A stretch of 63,999 nucleotides of DNA, the filler included, from Jimgerdemannia flammicorona (lineage: Eukaryota), in assembly GCA_003990765.1 (NCBI GenBank). It is 3 parts of 3 records of this genome, joined end to end, with 100 filler letters (N's around TTAATTAATTAA, not from the genome) between each part and the next. Parts side by side here need not be neighbours in the genome. Positions count along the whole stretch, not along the records: positions 42,902 to 63,999 come from RBNJ01001534.1; 2 more parts are not named here. The stretch is one strand, 5' to 3'. The notes under the pieces were generated by a model, which was given only the letters and a program-made list of their open reading frames with translations, had not been told where the DNA came from and did not search any database. Positions 61,280 to 63,999 of this stretch are shown here, in pieces. The position numbers and the translations under genes were made by a program. Position 1 is the stretch's first letter. Every line of letters begins with the position of its first letter.

Positions 61280-62394
61280 CTTATCTGGATATTAGGGCTT
61301 GGTTTACATATATGTTTGTTCGGATAGTAGTAGTTGTTTATTGTTCAGCTTAAAAGTGAGGAATTCATCTTGAATTACCAGCCAATGGGCACCAAGTTGT
61401 AATGTAGCAGATGCTTACTCTTGAAAGTATGTCAGATTTCTGTATCTTGAAAACTTGACCATTCTGACTCTTGCAGAGTCTCTTGAAGTTGTAGGAGAGG
61501 GTGGGTGAGTTTGAAGTATATCTGCCTACAGGCTTACTAGTTCCTTTACTATCTCTTTGCTTTGAACTATTTTGATCTAAGATTTATTCACTCGAAGATA
61601 CTGGGTTATTTATATAAGTTTGCTAGCTATGAGAGAGTGGCTAAGTAATAAATGAGTCATTTGGACTTTGTCGAAACATTTGGACAATGTCTAAATGCTA
61701 TACTAAATCGGGATGTTTGATTTGGATAATGTCTAAAAGTTTAGACAATGTCTAAGAATTTAGACAATGTTGAAATCGAGAACTGCTAACTATAAGGCTA
61801 TACTACTTTGGGACTAGGTGCGATCAAGTGTCTATTCTCTATTTCCTTCTTCCAAATTTGGCTGTACCATCACACCATATAAGGGAAACAAATATATAAA
61901 CATTACAATGTAAGAATTTGAATAGGTATTTTTGTATCAAAAATAATCTATTCAGAGAGAAGATATGATATATAGTATGAAATAAAAACAAGAATCAGAA
62001 GAATAGATATTTAATTATAGTATCTGAATATGATTTTCTGATTTATTATAGTGTAAAAATTATCTTTACTATAAATACTACATCTAAAACATTATTAGTG
62101 AAACTCTTGTTACTTTTATAAATTTTAGATAGAATTTTATATGAGATTCTACCTGAGATACAGATGGAATTCTGCTGGAAATTTTATATAAAAAGACTTG
62201 ATACTTAGCTATATGTTTAGTAGCAGAATTAGCATATAAATCTATATAAATAACCCAGTATTTTAGAGTAAATAAAGCTCAGTAGAATCAGTTTAACTTA
62301 GTTAAAAAAGTCTTCTTTACATATCTTTCCTCTCTCTTTCACATAAAATCCAGAATCTACTATACATATACAATTACATATCTATTATATTACA

Positions 62395-63240
62395 ATATAT
62401 AGTATGAATTTATATATATATATACTGATCTTACTGATTAGTAATATCTCTTATAGATAATATATATTATACATATTGAGTTATTATAACTTAATATCTT
62501 ATAGTATAGTACTAGAGGAGTTTCTAACTACTAATTAAGACTTATAATTTTTATAGTAATAAACAGAAGAAGTAATTTGTTCAAAAATACATAAGTTACA
62601 TATTTTACATATTACTGATAAATAATATAAAACTGATAGAATAGTATAAATCATATATTGATATATCAAGTTGTTATCTCAATATTAATTTTTAAATTAA
62701 ATATTATTATAGATTAGAATATTAACTATTTTATTAATAGTGAGTTAAAGATAGAGAATAAAACTATTAAACTCTCAAAAGAGTTTTCAGTATTTATAAA
62801 TAATAAGAATATATATATTGGTAATATATATCTGGATTTTAATAATATATAGTTAATCAGATTGTTCAGAATATATTTAATTTATAAATAACTAAGAATA
62901 TATTAATATATATTATAAATCTAATTATATTATTTTAATTTATTATAGTTTTTTAATTTTTATATATAGTATTCTTTAATTTATATACTATATAATCTTG
63001 ATTGATAAGATTTTATAATATTAGTTGTAACTTATTCTTGACTCAGCTTTGTGATATCTTATAATCTATAATTTTAAATCAACTAAGTATTATTATTACT
63101 CAAGTAATATATATATAGTTTACTGTAACTTATAATTTTAAAAGCTTAAAAGTTATATATTTATAATTCTCCTCTTTTTAGCTTTAATATTCTTAATAAT
63201 TTCTCCTTCTCAAAATTATATAGATTAGTTCTAATATTAT
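62395..63240 (-). mobile_element. AT-drained relic, probably a family A-related LTR end plus PPT
   Basis: ttataattctcctctttttagcttt near 63161-63185 matches ttacaactctccccttcttagcttt after C-to-T changes; attgataagatt and ttgactcagctttgtg near 63001-63053 match the family A U3. Confidence 0.5.
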
Positions 63241-63999
63241 CAGGATTAGAAAATAATTTTCATCTAGGTGACTGTCGTGTCAGTAGTATATATTTATTTT
63301 TTATTTTTGTGAGCGTTCCGATTTAGGTAATTTAGCTTTTGGTCTGGTAACGCATGTATACCCCATAGTTATGTACATGCATACATGTAAAGTTCGTGTG
63401 AGGGTGGATACCGGGACGAACCCAGCCCTGCTTGAGCTACGTAGGCGGCGCCGGGATGGATGTGACAAGGGTATTTTAATGGTTATATTAAACATACCAA
63501 TACATGGGTGAATCCGGATTCCTCGAGAAAGTTCGCCTCCCTTTTGATAAGCGCGGCTGATTGTTACGTTGGAACCATGGGTTCATGGTTTTACTTGCTC
63601 CGTTAATGTAAACAAGGAATTAATTACGTAATTAAGACGAATACCCTGCAAGCCCTTGCATTTCATTTAGCCTTACGTCACTGCAAATTTGCTTACTATA
63701 GCAAGGAATATCCTTTATTGGTTTGCTCGAAATTGCAATTATATACACAACACGCCACAACCGAATGTTATTAATTGGCATCCTTCTCTTGTTTCATTAT
63801 CATTTCGTTACGTTATCAAGCATGTTTGTCAACTCAGATCTGCGACCTGCACACCTGACTATGTCCAGGACACCCGAAAGCTAACATACAACTCGTCCAG
63901 ATCGGTTTGTTTTCTACTGGTTTCCGCAGGTATTATATTTGACAAGAGCGGATCAATAGTCCCAATGTGAGTTTTTAAGGGAATGGGAGAGGAACAAAA

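Larger units (their letters stand above)
55150..61874 (-). mobile_element. Full-length Ty3/Gypsy LTR retrotransposon family C (no chromodomain; dUTPase between protease and RT; extra 3' ORF)
   Basis: LTRs 55150-55625 and 61398-61874; 4-bp TSD CCAT (55146-55149, 61875-61878); PBS TGGTGCCCATTGGCTGG (61378-61394); PPT CAGGAGGAAGT next to 55625. Confidence 0.96.
46834..62394 (+). mobile_element. Non-autonomous family C-related LTR element D (5' LTR 46834-53055 split by a LINE; 3' LTR 61964-62394), host of element C
   Basis: LTR pair TGTGATA...TTA(C/T)A; PBS/leader acttggtacctattggctggtaatt at 53056 matches the family C leader; PPT ctattcagagagaaga before 61964; 4-bp TSD ATAT; internal region is tandem repeats without recognisable pol. 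Confidence 0.8.

Noticed and set aside
63270..63999. Short ORFs (63301..63495, 63689..63970) in the terminal CpG-rich stretch
   Set aside because: No motifs or splice-consistent model; probably intergenic or promoter DNA of a gene outside the window.

Overview
Eukaryotic, very probably fungal DNA (an early-diverging Mucoromycota-like lineage is my inference from the methyltransferase type and transposon mix). About 90% of the window is nested, transition-mutated retrotransposons around one intact 3-exon SAM-dependent methyltransferase gene (43374-44507). Contents: (A) two copies of a Ty3/Gypsy chromovirus with ~2.03-kb LTRs and a dUTPase, both inserted in one LINE; (C) a full-length non-chromodomain Ty3/Gypsy element with dUTPase and 4-bp TSD, nested in a related non-autonomous LTR element (D); six L1/Tx1-like LINE copies with G-rich coding strands; a decayed Gypsy pol remnant hosting nested LINEs; a hAT-type MITE; two 100-nt scaffold gaps. 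Best candidate for an undescribed system: the two different Gypsy lineages share accessory modules in different arrangements. Family A carries a complete ~365-aa gene inside U3 of each LTR (own AP-1/CCAAT/TATA motifs, PPxY motifs). Its N-terminal domain aligns by eye with a ~150-aa extra ORF just after integrase in family C. Both families also carry a dUTPase next to the same ~40-aa CPH...CxxC module. All TE reading frames were reconstructed by hand through decay-derived stops; no database searches were run.
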